A stretch of DNA of 63,615 nt from an uncultured Clostridium sp. GTDB taxonomy: Bacteria; Bacillota; Clostridia; TANB77; CAG-508. The notes under the pieces were generated by a model, which was not told the origin of the DNA, searched no databases, and saw only the letters and a list, made by a program, of their open reading frames with translations. Made by a program: the position numbers and the translations under genes. Positions 19,201 through 28,648 of this stretch are shown piece by piece. The DNA is taken from contig USDL01000004.1 of NCBI GenBank assembly GCA_900553365.1, forward strand, positions 1-63,615. The letters run 5' to 3'. Numbering within the stretch: the stretch's first letter is position 1; each line of letters begins with the position of its first letter.

Positions 19201-19298
19201 TCTAATGTTTTTTGTTGCAAATGTAAGTAATATGATAGTACCAAAATTAATGGTATTATTATTATTAGAAAAATTATTGCCATATTTTGAATTTTCAT
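16254..19298 (-). CDS. Large (1014 aa) membrane-anchored surface protein, last gene of the pilus-like operon
   Basis: N-terminal TM (IIFLIIIIPLILVLSYY). One Listeria-Bacteroides type repeat (FVGWSEDP...YEDTDLYAVW). C-terminal beta-rich, jelly-roll-like region. Confidence 0.55.
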   Translation of the reverse strand: MKIQNMAIIFLIIIIPLILVLSYYLHLQQKTLELQAAYDTKLADATKEGIKAFEVNTVDWSEWVSKKNNITKRNNANAVVNTFVSSLANQLNVTGTAKEFMINYIPAMAITMYDGYYIYAPTYVPITIENNEGVQIYYDKDSDSLTDVYKDGVEVIYEPQNVTGPNIKTASYVYINNEGVEITEPSISFVTDINLAKKEYKHILNNQIAYTARYSNGSNTNVVVNYTLDNRIYVYGKLNGESVEKDGYLVYFNTDSAMPRIYIPGYNVNNLNKQYHESDIKVDNKVTNTKYNSTSIETEILEEQVLYLENGQSNLKTFKYIYDIKHEKLYYDENADNFFTINPDDKTKQFISNDASIKIGSSGCRYKSLSVLWGDSNSTTEYKKIYQVLNGRDKGKWCISIKPENAKKPGQDEIIDTEIKLTKLQELGLDDIRFSTIYRDYSAISYYVEAYAFTNWARNLSGVKQEVYDEAQRKYIATPIQVEGGVKDIFVITETNDPEKRTSPITIHKREVMKNLINSNLNLSISNYGKGSYEFKLPVLTDSDWEQVFNNISLITFFQGVPIGLKYYNNYAIATSTTNREYVDPGELFFTGEDNNYHRVYCEKSKDVAYTGYRSVEYVLKEYENKNTGDITYYYQHDSINNNNSETACYYCVVNQANYKRTTDANINFTQAKAYKEALARERYYQKENVAGKLGVMITYHAGMEIGNEITSITGIPDAQEVEIGARAQILGQNPLPTITTNNQFIKYVFVGWSEDPISNNIKYYPGQMSDVIYEDTDLYAVWRISLSELNWTRDYKWNGDEYWDGGDHDVYDGSISNIRITEAAEGATVEMTGNSTLRGKGATWATFKSDFISIQEFQFTYHVNKGDSFNSVGFMFNVIDRGTYLEGYMFSINFTGNPRSVAGDTGAIFKFEYYKNKNSTNIEKLELPGPTGYTFHINVSQSRYSTTSGKMSIKVQDDGYLIEGTEMAGSCFIPVDNPQPDTFGFLSDHYSHGCNEIGYYKIDNIKIIAVRNK

Positions 19299-19332
19299 AT
19301 TTTTTGTCCTTTCTCATTTTACCAATTTAGTT

Positions 19333-20757
19333 CTACTTCATAACATAAGATAACTCTATACTTGCATTTTGCCAGTCCTCTGTTGTCATACTTAAAAGTT
19401 CACCTACTAATTTTAGGTCTATAACATACTGTGATTTAGTTGTATCGAAGTAAACTACATAGCTTGGTAAATTTTTTCCTATTGTATATGTACTATTATT
19501 AACCTTAATTTCTACTGGACTTGTAAGGTCTATCATTCCCAGATATATTTTTAAATCTTGTGTCATTGAGTTTGAAATAGGCAAGTCTTTTGTTTCAGTT
19601 TTTGTTACTGTTTTATTTACAAGTGATGAAAACTTCTGTTCTATGTCATTTCCTTTTAAAATTCCACCTGTTTTTTCCTTTTTAATTGCATTAAACCATT
19701 GTGCTGTTTTAGATTCACTTTGCTCGCCACAACATGCAGTAGTAAAGAATAAGTCAAAACTACTTTGATTGTTTTTTAATGTACTGATTCCACTTCTAAG
19801 ATAAGACTCTCCAGGTTCCCATGACAAGAATACTACTACTCTTAATTGATTTTTATTTTTTACATAATCCAAAGCAGTTTTCATTGCTTTTGAATAATTA
19901 CTTTCAGCTGTAGTTTCTTCTGCATCATATATCCAGCCTACGTTACTTAAATCAGTATAAATATGTGTTGGATTAGATGTTAATATGAAGCCTAAATTTC
20001 CTTTTCCTTGCACTCCTTTTATAATATTTTGAATAAATATTTGACTGTTATTTTTATCATTATGCCAAGGCATTGTGTAATGTTCACAGTCTAGTACAAC
20101 TACTATATCCATATTTTGTGATATTGTTTCAGTTGTAGTAACAATCTGTTTTGCTCTAATTATAATATTCTTTTCTGGATATGTTTTAGTGTTTGGTGTT
20201 TTATTTCCTGCGTGTTCAACCTCTGCAGTTCCACCATTTAATACTAATGCAGATGATGTTGCACCTATTGAATATGTATTTTTTCCTATTAACTTATACA
20301 TGAAATTTTTTAGCTGAGTTCCTAATGTTATATTTGTATTTTTTACATTCACAACAATATAATCATCTTTTTTTAGTATATATTCACCATCATCACTATC
20401 GATTGAGTCTAGTATTGTATTTGTATATACAGAATAATATTTGTATTCACCTATTAAATCACTAGAACCTGTTGCTGTTGCCCTTCTTGGGTTATCATCT
20501 AGTATTTGTGCCTCTATTTCTATATCATAAGAATTTCCGGTTGCATAAAGTTTTTGTACTAACTCATTATAGTCAAATTGCGTTATTTTCCCTTGTGAAG
20601 TAACTTTGTTTACAAAGTCTGAAACAGCAACTTGAACCACTGTTTGAGACATTTCATCACTTTTGCCTGCAATTTCCATTATGGGAAATACAAACATTAG
20701 TATAGTAGCTAAAAATATTCCTATTATTGCCATCAATGTATCTGACATTATTAGCAA
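19333..20757 (-). CDS. Pilus-associated protein (474 aa) with a TadE-like N-terminal anchor module plus a vWA-like domain
   Basis: The N-terminal ~150 aa are paralogous to the 171-aa protein encoded upstream. The central DIVVVLDCEH... segment resembles a degenerate vWA/MIDAS fold. Confidence 0.45.
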   Translation of the reverse strand: MLIMSDTLMAIIGIFLATILMFVFPIMEIAGKSDEMSQTVVQVAVSDFVNKVTSQGKITQFDYNELVQKLYATGNSYDIEIEAQILDDNPRRATATGSSDLIGEYKYYSVYTNTILDSIDSDDGEYILKKDDYIVVNVKNTNITLGTQLKNFMYKLIGKNTYSIGATSSALVLNGGTAEVEHAGNKTPNTKTYPEKNIIIRAKQIVTTTETISQNMDIVVVLDCEHYTMPWHNDKNNSQIFIQNIIKGVQGKGNLGFILTSNPTHIYTDLSNVGWIYDAEETTAESNYSKAMKTALDYVKNKNQLRVVVFLSWEPGESYLRSGISTLKNNQSSFDLFFTTACCGEQSESKTAQWFNAIKKEKTGGILKGNDIEQKFSSLVNKTVTKTETKDLPISNSMTQDLKIYLGMIDLTSPVEIKVNNSTYTIGKNLPSYVVYFDTTKSQYVIDLKLVGELLSMTTEDWQNASIELSYVMK

Positions 20758-20827
20758 TACCTCCTCTTGTTTTAAAATTAGGGCAGATTTTTATTCTGCC
20801 CTATGGTTTATTATTTATATTAATTTA

Positions 20828-21343
20828 TTATTTTCCTGTTGTTGTAACCAAAGCAGATGCACTTGCTTCAATAGCTATTGTATCTTTTCCAACTATTGAA
20901 TACATAAAGTTTTTAAATTGAGTTCCAAATGTTACATTTGTGTTTTGTACTTTAGCCTTAACATAATCACCTTGTTTAAGCTTATATTTACCTTCTTGTT
21001 GTAATTTTGTTTCTACTGCACTTGTAAACTCTGAATAATAGATATTTTCTCCTATAACATTAATGTTTTGGCCTTTTCTTCCAGGGTTATCATCTAGCAC
21101 TTGTACTTCAATTTCAATTGAATAAGAATTTCCTGTTGAGTATAGTTTTTGTACAAAGTCATCATAATTTTCTGTTGTTATTTTACCTTCCTTTGCTGCT
21201 GTATTAACAAAATCAGATACTATTCCTTGTACTGATGATTGTGTTATTGCTTCATTTTGATTTGCTGTTGCCATTAATGGAAATACAAACATAACTAAGG
21301 CAACTGCTATTACCGCTATTATTGTAATAAATGTGTCTGACAT
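20828..21343 (-). CDS. Pilus-associated minor pseudopilin-like protein (171 aa)
   Basis: MSDTFITIIAVIAVALVMFVFPLM anchor. Shares ...KLY(S/A)TGNSY(S/D)IEIE(V/A)Q(V/I)LDDNP... with the N-terminus of the 474-aa neighbour. Confidence 0.45.
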   Translation of the reverse strand: MSDTFITIIAVIAVALVMFVFPLMATANQNEAITQSSVQGIVSDFVNTAAKEGKITTENYDDFVQKLYSTGNSYSIEIEVQVLDDNPGRKGQNINVIGENIYYSEFTSAVETKLQQEGKYKLKQGDYVKAKVQNTNVTFGTQFKNFMYSIVGKDTIAIEASASALVTTTGK

Positions 21344-21361
21344 AATTTTTCCTCCTTAAAT

Positions 21362-21811
21362 TTATTGTGCTGTATAATAAATATACGTTTTTGCTGTTCC
21401 TGGTCTTATAGTAATTTTTGTACCATCCTCACCAACCCTATAAGATCCTCCTGTTACTACTTCTACAATATTTTCTAAATATACTGTTCCGTCGCTTAAG
21501 TCATCCTCTATAACTTGTCTTATGTTTTTACTTGATGATGGATATATTTGAGTATTGCCTTTTTTTATAACTACACGAGTTAAATCATCTCCGCTGTTAT
21601 ATAAAGCTGCAATTACCGTATCTTCTCCTACAATTCTTCCTTTCTCTAATGTTCCTTCTTCCCACTCATAATAATTGGTTTTGTCAGATGAAAATAATAT
21701 ACTATCTGCTGTATCTTTTACCTTAGTTAGAAGAGAAAAAAATATTGATAATGCTATAATAAATACAAAAATTCCAAAAGCAATTTTTAAAGCATCTGCT
21801 GCATTCTCCAT
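21362..21811 (-). CDS. Leaderless pilin-like protein, MENA family paralog 4 (149 aa)
   Basis: Starts MENAADALKIAFGIFVFIIALSIFF. Hydrophobic helix followed by a soluble domain. Confidence 0.45.
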   Translation of the reverse strand: MENAADALKIAFGIFVFIIALSIFFSLLTKVKDTADSILFSSDKTNYYEWEEGTLEKGRIVGEDTVIAALYNSGDDLTRVVIKKGNTQIYPSSSKNIRQVIEDDLSDGTVYLENIVEVVTGGSYRVGEDGTKITIRPGTAKTYIYYTAQ

Positions 21812-21916
21812 TGTTTTCTCCCTCCATTATCTTTTTATCCTGAGCATAAAACATATATTTTTGATATATGCTTTATGTTCAGGATAAGTTATTTTTTAAC
21901 TTATCCTTTATTACCT

Positions 21917-22315
21917 CTATGTATTTTCTGTTATTTTTATTGTATCAATAAATCCATCTGCTGGATCAACATCAGAACATTCAACTGTATATGTTTTTGC
22001 TGCTTTAACTCCTGCTCTTGTTGTTACAGAACTTGATGCGTCAAGATGTACATATTTTAAATCTTTATTTGATGATGCACCTTCTGCACTATTACTTGCA
22101 TCAATTTGGCTTAAAAGAGCTTTTACTTGGCTAGCACTTTGCTTTGTGCTTTCATACTTTGTCCATTTTTCATTAAATTGTGAAATTTCCATTTCTGAGA
22201 AAGTTGAAGATGGATCAATATTTGCATTTCTAATTATTATTACACCAACACTAATTAATAGAATTGCTACTAATATAGCACCTGCAATAATTAAAGCTTT
22301 TGAAGCATTCTCCAT
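21917..22315 (-). CDS. Leaderless pilin-like protein, MENA family paralog 3 (132 aa)
   Basis: Starts MENASKALIIAGAILVAILLISVGV. AGGAGGTG RBS. Confidence 0.5.
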   Translation of the reverse strand: MENASKALIIAGAILVAILLISVGVIIIRNANIDPSSTFSEMEISQFNEKWTKYESTKQSASQVKALLSQIDASNSAEGASSNKDLKYVHLDASSSVTTRAGVKAAKTYTVECSDVDPADGFIDTIKITENT

Positions 22316-22382
22316 ATTCTTTCACCTCCTATAATCTGTTTTTTTATTGTTCTTAGAGATTTAAACTCTAAAAGTTAAAAAC

Positions 22383-22820
22383 TTATAGTTCTTCAAACAC
22401 CATCTTAGAAATTTGGCCTGTTTTTTTATGATATTCGATGTTTGAACATTTAAAATATATTAAGTTAAAATTATCAACAAATCTTGTAATATCATTATTG
22501 TAAAACACTTCCATAGAGTAAGTTTTTTCTGTATTTTCTGCTGATAATATTTTTACTTCTATTTTTATGCTATTTTCATCATTTTCAATATAATATCCCT
22601 TTTCATTTTTGGGTATTTGATTATGTTCATTTTGATTTATTGCTTTATTTATTAAAGTGGCAAGATCTAATCCATAAACTTGTTTTCCTAAGTAATATTC
22701 ATACTCGCTGTTTAATTGCTTTACATGCCTTAATGTAGTATTTTTATTTATTAGCAAACCTAATATTGAAAATAGTATAATAATTATTGGAATTGCAACT
22801 AATAATAATGTTTTTTTCAT
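22383..22820 (-). CDS. Small membrane-anchored protein of the pilus-like operon (145 aa)
   Basis: N-terminal TM MKKTLLLVAIPIIIILFSILGLL. No recognisable family. Confidence 0.4.
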   Translation of the reverse strand: MKKTLLLVAIPIIIILFSILGLLINKNTTLRHVKQLNSEYEYYLGKQVYGLDLATLINKAINQNEHNQIPKNEKGYYIENDENSIKIEVKILSAENTEKTYSMEVFYNNDITRFVDNFNLIYFKCSNIEYHKKTGQISKMVFEEL

Positions 22821-22886
22821 TTATTTCTCCTACACTAATTATAATTGTTTTAATACTATTTTGCAACAATTTTAATGTTTTTTTGA

Positions 22887-23330
22887 TTAAATTTTTTTGA
22901 ACCCAATTTGAATTACTTTTCCATTTTCATCAAAAGCTATTGGTTTGTTGTCTGCATCATACGAAAAAGCATTTTCAACTTGATTATTTGGGTTATGTTT
23001 TAATATGTTATTCTCTAAAAACTTATTTTTTTCTGTTTCATTCCAATTAGAACAGTCTACACCATCTATGTATATCTTTGTTCCCTGTTCTTTTTGCTGA
23101 ACAATACTAATAAGTGATACAATTTCTTGTGCAGTTATTTCTTTTCTTTCTGGAGTATCATAAACTGTAAAATACGCATTATATTTTTCTAACTCAACTG
23201 TATCTAAGTTATCAAAATATGCTTCAGCACTTTGATTTAGGCTATTTCGCAAATATACTCCCATGCTAAGAATTAAAATAGCAATCAATACTGCACCAGC
23301 AATAATCAAGGCTTGTGCTGCATTTTCCAT
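22887..23330 (-). CDS. Leaderless pilin-like protein, MENA family paralog 2 (147 aa)
   Basis: Starts MENAAQALIIAGAVLIAILILSMGV. Confidence 0.5.
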   Translation of the reverse strand: MENAAQALIIAGAVLIAILILSMGVYLRNSLNQSAEAYFDNLDTVELEKYNAYFTVYDTPERKEITAQEIVSLISIVQQKEQGTKIYIDGVDCSNWNETEKNKFLENNILKHNPNNQVENAFSYDADNKPIAFDENGKVIQIGFKKI

Positions 23331-23343
23331 ATCATCAAATCCT

Positions 23344-23772
23344 TTATTCTAAAAATTCTTTAAGTTTAAAAGTTATTTTATTTATTCTCCCTGTTTCGGG
23401 ATTACGCTGCATTTCAGTACATTCAAATATGGAATTTTTGTATTGTGAAATGTTGTCTGGTGTTATTTTTGTTCCATATTTATCTTTTCCCTCTATTGAA
23501 ATAGTTACCTTATATTCTTCGCTATTGTCGTAGTCTATATCATTTTGTTTTGATTTATTTACAACAGTTAATACTTCTACACCTCTTATTAGTCTTTTGT
23601 CATAAGCTTCCCATTCTGCATTCCAGGCTGTCAATCGTGCTTGTTCTTGATCTGATTGGTCTAACTTTTGATTTTCTGATGCATTGTTCCACATATATAC
23701 AAAAGCACTAAGTATTATTATTCCAAATAAAATTCCACCTGCTATTAACAAGGCTTGTGTTGCATTTTCCAT
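23344..23772 (-). CDS. Leaderless pilin-like protein, MENA family paralog 1 (142 aa)
   Basis: Starts MENATQALLIAGGILFGIIILSAFV. AAGGAGAA RBS. Confidence 0.5.
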   Translation of the reverse strand: MENATQALLIAGGILFGIIILSAFVYMWNNASENQKLDQSDQEQARLTAWNAEWEAYDKRLIRGVEVLTVVNKSKQNDIDYDNSEEYKVTISIEGKDKYGTKITPDNISQYKNSIFECTEMQRNPETGRINKITFKLKEFLE

Positions 23773-23799
23773 AAAAAGTTCTCCTTTTCTATATTAAAC

Positions 23800-25881
23800 T
23801 TATAACCCTATACCCTGTATAGATGTGAATGATGATGTCATTGCTGTCATTCCTATTGCAACTAGAGGAATAATTAAATATCCAACAAATAGTCCTACCA
23901 TTGGTGCAAATCCAATTATTTTACCAATCATTCCTTTTTTCTTTATTAATCTTTCGTTTGATTCCTCACGTTTTGCTTGATAATAGTCTCTTTCATTATC
24001 TAACTCATCAAAAGCTTCTCTAATTGGTATCTTTTCTACGGCTGCTTGTAAACTTTCTACTATTCTAATTAGTTGTGGAAAGGCTATTTCATCTTTTAAA
24101 GTTTCTAAAGCTTCCCACGCTCCAGATTCATAATTGTTTACACATTTTGATATTGGTTCTCTAAATATGTTAGAATATCTTTCTATCCATTCCAATATCA
24201 TTTCAACATTTACTCTCTCTATTTTCATTAGCATTAAGATAATTGTTTGATATTCCATTACCTCATTTTCCATTTCTAATGCTCTTAATTTCTTTTGGAA
24301 CATTAACATCCATGTAGGAGTACAATATCCTAAGTACCCAAAAATGAAAGCAATTAATAATTCAAACCATTGGAAAGATTCACCATTTACAATTTTTAAT
24401 TTGTTCATTACTTGTTCTGCTGCAACTTTTATATCGCCATCAGATTTGTTTCTGTAATAATCAACTTTTGGTAAAAATGCTTCTACTTCTTCTTGTGTTG
24501 TTTTTAGTTTTCCTTTAAATTCTTTTAAGGCCACATTTTGTGCTTCAGTAACCTTTAATGCTTCAGCAGTATCTCTTTCGTTTAGTGAACCGAGCAAGTT
24601 ATAATCCGAAGTTGGTTCTGTATATACATAATTTAAAGCAATTCTATGTCCTAATGCAAATAGTGCAATTGTTAAAACCATTGTAACTAGGCATATTACA
24701 ACTTTATTAACATATAATGTTTCAATCTTTTGTTTTGTTGAAGCTTCTTTCATTAGTTTAGTAATGACTCTATGTTCTTTGGTATTCTTCTTCGGTATAA
24801 GCAAATCCATTATTTTTTTCACAATAGGTTTTTGATATAGTTTTATTTGCCATACTTTGTTTTGGTCTTTAAAATCAACCTTTATACTACCTGTATCCTT
24901 AATCTTTCTTGTTAAATAATAGCATACAAAGGTAAGAACTACTAATGCTATTTGCACCATCAATCCGCCTTTACCTTGATAAAATTGTGCTGTAAAAGAG
25001 AAATTACTTATTGCCCAATTTTTCAAAGGAGCCATACATAGTACTGGCAAAATTGCTATTACTGATAAACTTTGAAATACATAATCAAGCTTATCTCTTT
25101 TTAATATTTCTAGTTGCATTTCTTCTGTTATATTGTTTAAGTTTTTCAAATATAAAGATGCTCCATCTTTATCTGTTCTATCACCAAATTCTCTTGTTAA
25201 ATAAGATATTCCCGCAAATTCCTTTAGGAAACTATTTGGTGCTACATCATAGTATTTTTCAAGTTCAGTTTCAGGATCATCAGATATTAGTATTTCATAA
25301 ATTCTTTGCCCTTGAACTGACACCTCTAATTCATCATTTTGAGATACCTCATATATTGCTTCCTCAACCATATTAAATTCATGGTATGCATGTCTTATTT
25401 CAGCGAAGAAGTCTATTTGCTGTTTTAAAAGTTTTGTATCGTATTTATCTATCATTCCAGACATGATTGTTTCAATTAAGAACAATTCAAACAATAACAA
25501 AATTACTAATAATAGTGGATCACTTTTTGCAAACACTATAACCGCAATTGTTACTGGTATGATAATACACAAAGCTTGAGTAATTATTTTTGAAGCTTGT
25601 CTTCTTGTTTTATACTCATCTTGCATGTGTATTATTTCTAGTTTTCTTCTTATTTTAAGTACATAACGTTTAAATACAGGAACAGAAGTGTAGAAGTTAT
25701 ATAATTTTTGATATATAACATCACTAGAAAATTTATTTTGTTTAGTGCCTTCCCTTAGTTGTCTTATTTTCTTCATATCTCCTTTATTTGTTTTTGACCT
25801 AATTACAAGGTAAGCAATAACAATTAAAGCAAATAATCCTCCTATTATTCCCATTATGTAATATAATATTTGGTTTGACAT
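23800..25881 (-). CDS. Polytopic inner-membrane platform protein (TadB/TadC, T2SS-F-like, apparently fused), 693 aa
   Basis: Multiple TM blocks separated by cytoplasmic helical domains. It lies immediately downstream of the secretion ATPase, as in Tad loci. Confidence 0.45.
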   Translation of the reverse strand: MSNQILYYIMGIIGGLFALIVIAYLVIRSKTNKGDMKKIRQLREGTKQNKFSSDVIYQKLYNFYTSVPVFKRYVLKIRRKLEIIHMQDEYKTRRQASKIITQALCIIIPVTIAVIVFAKSDPLLLVILLLFELFLIETIMSGMIDKYDTKLLKQQIDFFAEIRHAYHEFNMVEEAIYEVSQNDELEVSVQGQRIYEILISDDPETELEKYYDVAPNSFLKEFAGISYLTREFGDRTDKDGASLYLKNLNNITEEMQLEILKRDKLDYVFQSLSVIAILPVLCMAPLKNWAISNFSFTAQFYQGKGGLMVQIALVVLTFVCYYLTRKIKDTGSIKVDFKDQNKVWQIKLYQKPIVKKIMDLLIPKKNTKEHRVITKLMKEASTKQKIETLYVNKVVICLVTMVLTIALFALGHRIALNYVYTEPTSDYNLLGSLNERDTAEALKVTEAQNVALKEFKGKLKTTQEEVEAFLPKVDYYRNKSDGDIKVAAEQVMNKLKIVNGESFQWFELLIAFIFGYLGYCTPTWMLMFQKKLRALEMENEVMEYQTIILMLMKIERVNVEMILEWIERYSNIFREPISKCVNNYESGAWEALETLKDEIAFPQLIRIVESLQAAVEKIPIREAFDELDNERDYYQAKREESNERLIKKKGMIGKIIGFAPMVGLFVGYLIIPLVAIGMTAMTSSFTSIQGIGL

Positions 25882-25893
25882 TTAGTTTTCACC

Positions 25894-27796
25894 TCATTTT
25901 TTTGCTACTTTTTTTACCTTTTTGCCCCAATTTCTTTCTATAAATTCGTCAAACTGTATTGCATCATCTGTATTCATGTTGTTTCTCATTTCTCTAATAT
26001 TTGCGTCTGATATTTTGTTTGTTAAAACATAGGTGTCATTGTGGTATTCCATTATATTTACATATCTATATAATTCTCTGTTTGTAACTTTATGGAAATA
26101 TCTTGTTGCATTATCCATAAATTTTTCAATTTTTCCTTCTAATGTTTTTTCTTTTCTGTAATCATAATTGTAATCTTCTGTATCCTCAATTGGAATACAT
26201 TCTGTTACTCTTTCTATGTATCTTCTTCCTCTAAAATCCTTTACTAAGTGGATATCAAAGTTTAATACACTTATAACCTGTTCTTCTGCAATTCTTTCAT
26301 CTGTAAATGTTCCTGCTCTTAGCATTGAGTTTCTTAATGCTGTTACTAAGTTAGGGAAAGTTTTAGCGTGGTGTGTAAACAATGTGAATTTTGATGCAAC
26401 CTGTGCTGATTGAATCATCCAAGATGCTACGGGGTCTGTTGCAACCTCACCGATTATGTTAACACTACCATCAGTTTTCTTTTGAACGTCCAAACATTCC
26501 TGACCTGCGATTGTTTCTGTTTCTCTCATTGACAAAATGTTTCTTGTTGGATAAATTTTTCTTAAGTGCAACTCGAATGCAGTTTCTGTGATACGTAGGT
26601 TCATTGTTTCATATATGTTTTCAATCATTGCCATAAGCATTGTTGTTTTACCACAACCTTGCTCACCAGTAAGTGCTATAATTCTTGCACCTTTTACTAG
26701 GTATTTTAAAAGATTTATTGCTTCTTCTTTTCCATCTGCTGTAACTATTTGTTCTAGTGTTGCTCTTTTTACGTCGAATTTTCTTACGAAGAATGCCCAT
26801 GTTTCTGACATACTTGGTCTTACAACAACTACACGTGAGCCATCCTTCATTTCATTGATTTTGTAACCATTTGTGTCAGATAACTGACCTGGGTTATTGT
26901 ATTTATAAATGTTTTGACATACTCTTTTTAGTTCACTTTCTTTACCAAAAGAAAGAAATGCTAATCTTATAGATTTACCTTGGAAGAATATCCAAATACT
27001 GTCGCAAGCTCTTGGTACTCTGTGTTCAGAAATTTGGTCTAAATAATCTCCATCTGTTTGTGCAACTTGGCTTAAAAAGCTTTCTGGAAGACCAGATACT
27101 CCGTCCTGATACACCATCTATGTTCATATCTCTTATTTCATCTATGCTACTATATCCCTTGTAGTGTTGGTAAATTCTTTGTGTTACTATGTTTAACTTG
27201 TCTGAAAAGTCTAATGAGAATTTTTCTTTTTCGTAAATATCTCCAATTTCCTTTTCTGTAATTACGTAGCTAGGTTTTGATTCGCCTTCTATGTATTTTA
27301 GTTCAGCTAAATTATACTTTTTAATCATTTGTGTTAAGGCTTCATATCCAAAATCTTTCTTATACTCATGAATAATAATATCAAATTTATCTTGTGCTGA
27401 AAGAAGTGATGGTATATCAAAAGGAATAGCTTTTGATATATTTATTTCATTTACGCCATATTCTTTATATAATAAATCATATATAAGCTCTTTTACGTAT
27501 TTTTTATCATTTACGTCACCATAAGTACATCCTTTTAAAGCTTTTCTTAACTCATATTTTTTAGCTTTTCTTCTTTTTAACTCTTCCTCAGATAGTCCAA
27601 TATCATATAAGTTTACCTTTGTTATTTCGTCTAATCTTTGTTTTATAAAGTCCATCATGCTGTCTAATGTATATGATTTCTCATCTACAACTTTTTCCTC
27701 TTCTTCAGCATTTTTGTTCTTTTTAATCATGTAAAATACTAATACTCCACCAATTATTAGTACCATGAATATTAAAAGTATATTTACAACATTCAT
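25894..27796 (-). CDS. CpaF/TadA-type secretion ATPase with an N-terminal TM and ~230-aa extension. It is continuous only if C27103 of an in-frame CGG is skipped (+1).
   Basis: The upstream ORF ends ...IDEIRDMNIDGVSG-CGG. The +1 frame continues GVSGLPESFL... with Walker A LTGEQGCGKTTML and GEVATDP (Walker B region). Confidence 0.65.
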
Positions 27797-27817
27797 CTGA
27801 TAGGAACTCCTCTCTTT

Positions 27818-28627
27818 TTAAACTTGCATTTGTAGTTCTTTTAGTTTATCTATTATTGCTTGGCTTATTTCTGCAAAAGCCTCTATTATTGGTGCTTGTG
27901 TGCTATTTGGTCTTGCGTTTCTATAATTAATAATGAAATCAGCTAAGCTTCCTTCGTTGCATGCTTCAAAGAATAATGTATTGTATGGTATCCCATAAAT
28001 ATCTGGTATTTTTTCTAAGCGTTGTAGATTTTTTGCATTATATTTTGAATATTTATCATACTTGCCTAACAAATACATTATATTATCACCTTTTGTTGCT
28101 TCAAAGCTTCTTCTTATTTGTATGAATTTTTTTATTTCTTTTATTCTTTGTGAAGTATTTGCAACTATTAAATTACTTTCCTGTAAAACATTTTGTACAA
28201 ATTCTTCTTCTAAGCTTCCCTCTAAATCAATAAAAACCAAATCATAAAACTTGCTTGCCATTCTTATAATGCTTCTCATGTATTCTTTTTGCTTTTCATA
28301 ATTTTCTTTTGGTATATTATTATCAGTTAATACTTCAAGTCTTTCTTTAAAAATAGTTCTTGTATAATTTGTTATTATTTCAGGTGAAGTTTTATTACTA
28401 GCAATCGCCTTAAGTAATCCTCCTATGCCAGTTTCTAAATCTCCTCTAGGTCTAGCATTGCTATGTTGCTCCCAAAAACATTCTTGAAGGCTTGTATCAT
28501 TGTATTTTGTATTTAATAATAAAATTCTATAATTTTGTTCTAGTGATAAATATGTTGCAATTCCAGCCATTGATGTAGTTTGTGCTGTTTCAACCTCACC
28601 GCTACCGTAAAAAGTTACAACTGACAT
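27818..28627 (-). CDS. ParA/MinD-fold protein, CpaE/TadZ-like, with a degenerate P-loop (269 aa)
   Basis: VVTFYGSGEVETAQTTSMAGIATYLS occupies the position of the deviant Walker A but lacks the GKT/S. Genomic context is with the CpaF-like ATPase. Confidence 0.35.
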   Translation of the reverse strand: MSVVTFYGSGEVETAQTTSMAGIATYLSLEQNYRILLLNTKYNDTSLQECFWEQHSNARPRGDLETGIGGLLKAIASNKTSPEIITNYTRTIFKERLEVLTDNNIPKENYEKQKEYMRSIIRMASKFYDLVFIDLEGSLEEEFVQNVLQESNLIVANTSQRIKEIKKFIQIRRSFEATKGDNIMYLLGKYDKYSKYNAKNLQRLEKIPDIYGIPYNTLFFEACNEGSLADFIINYRNARPNSTQAPIIEAFAEISQAIIDKLKELQMQV

Positions 28628-28648
28628 TGTTTTATTCCTTTCCTTTAT

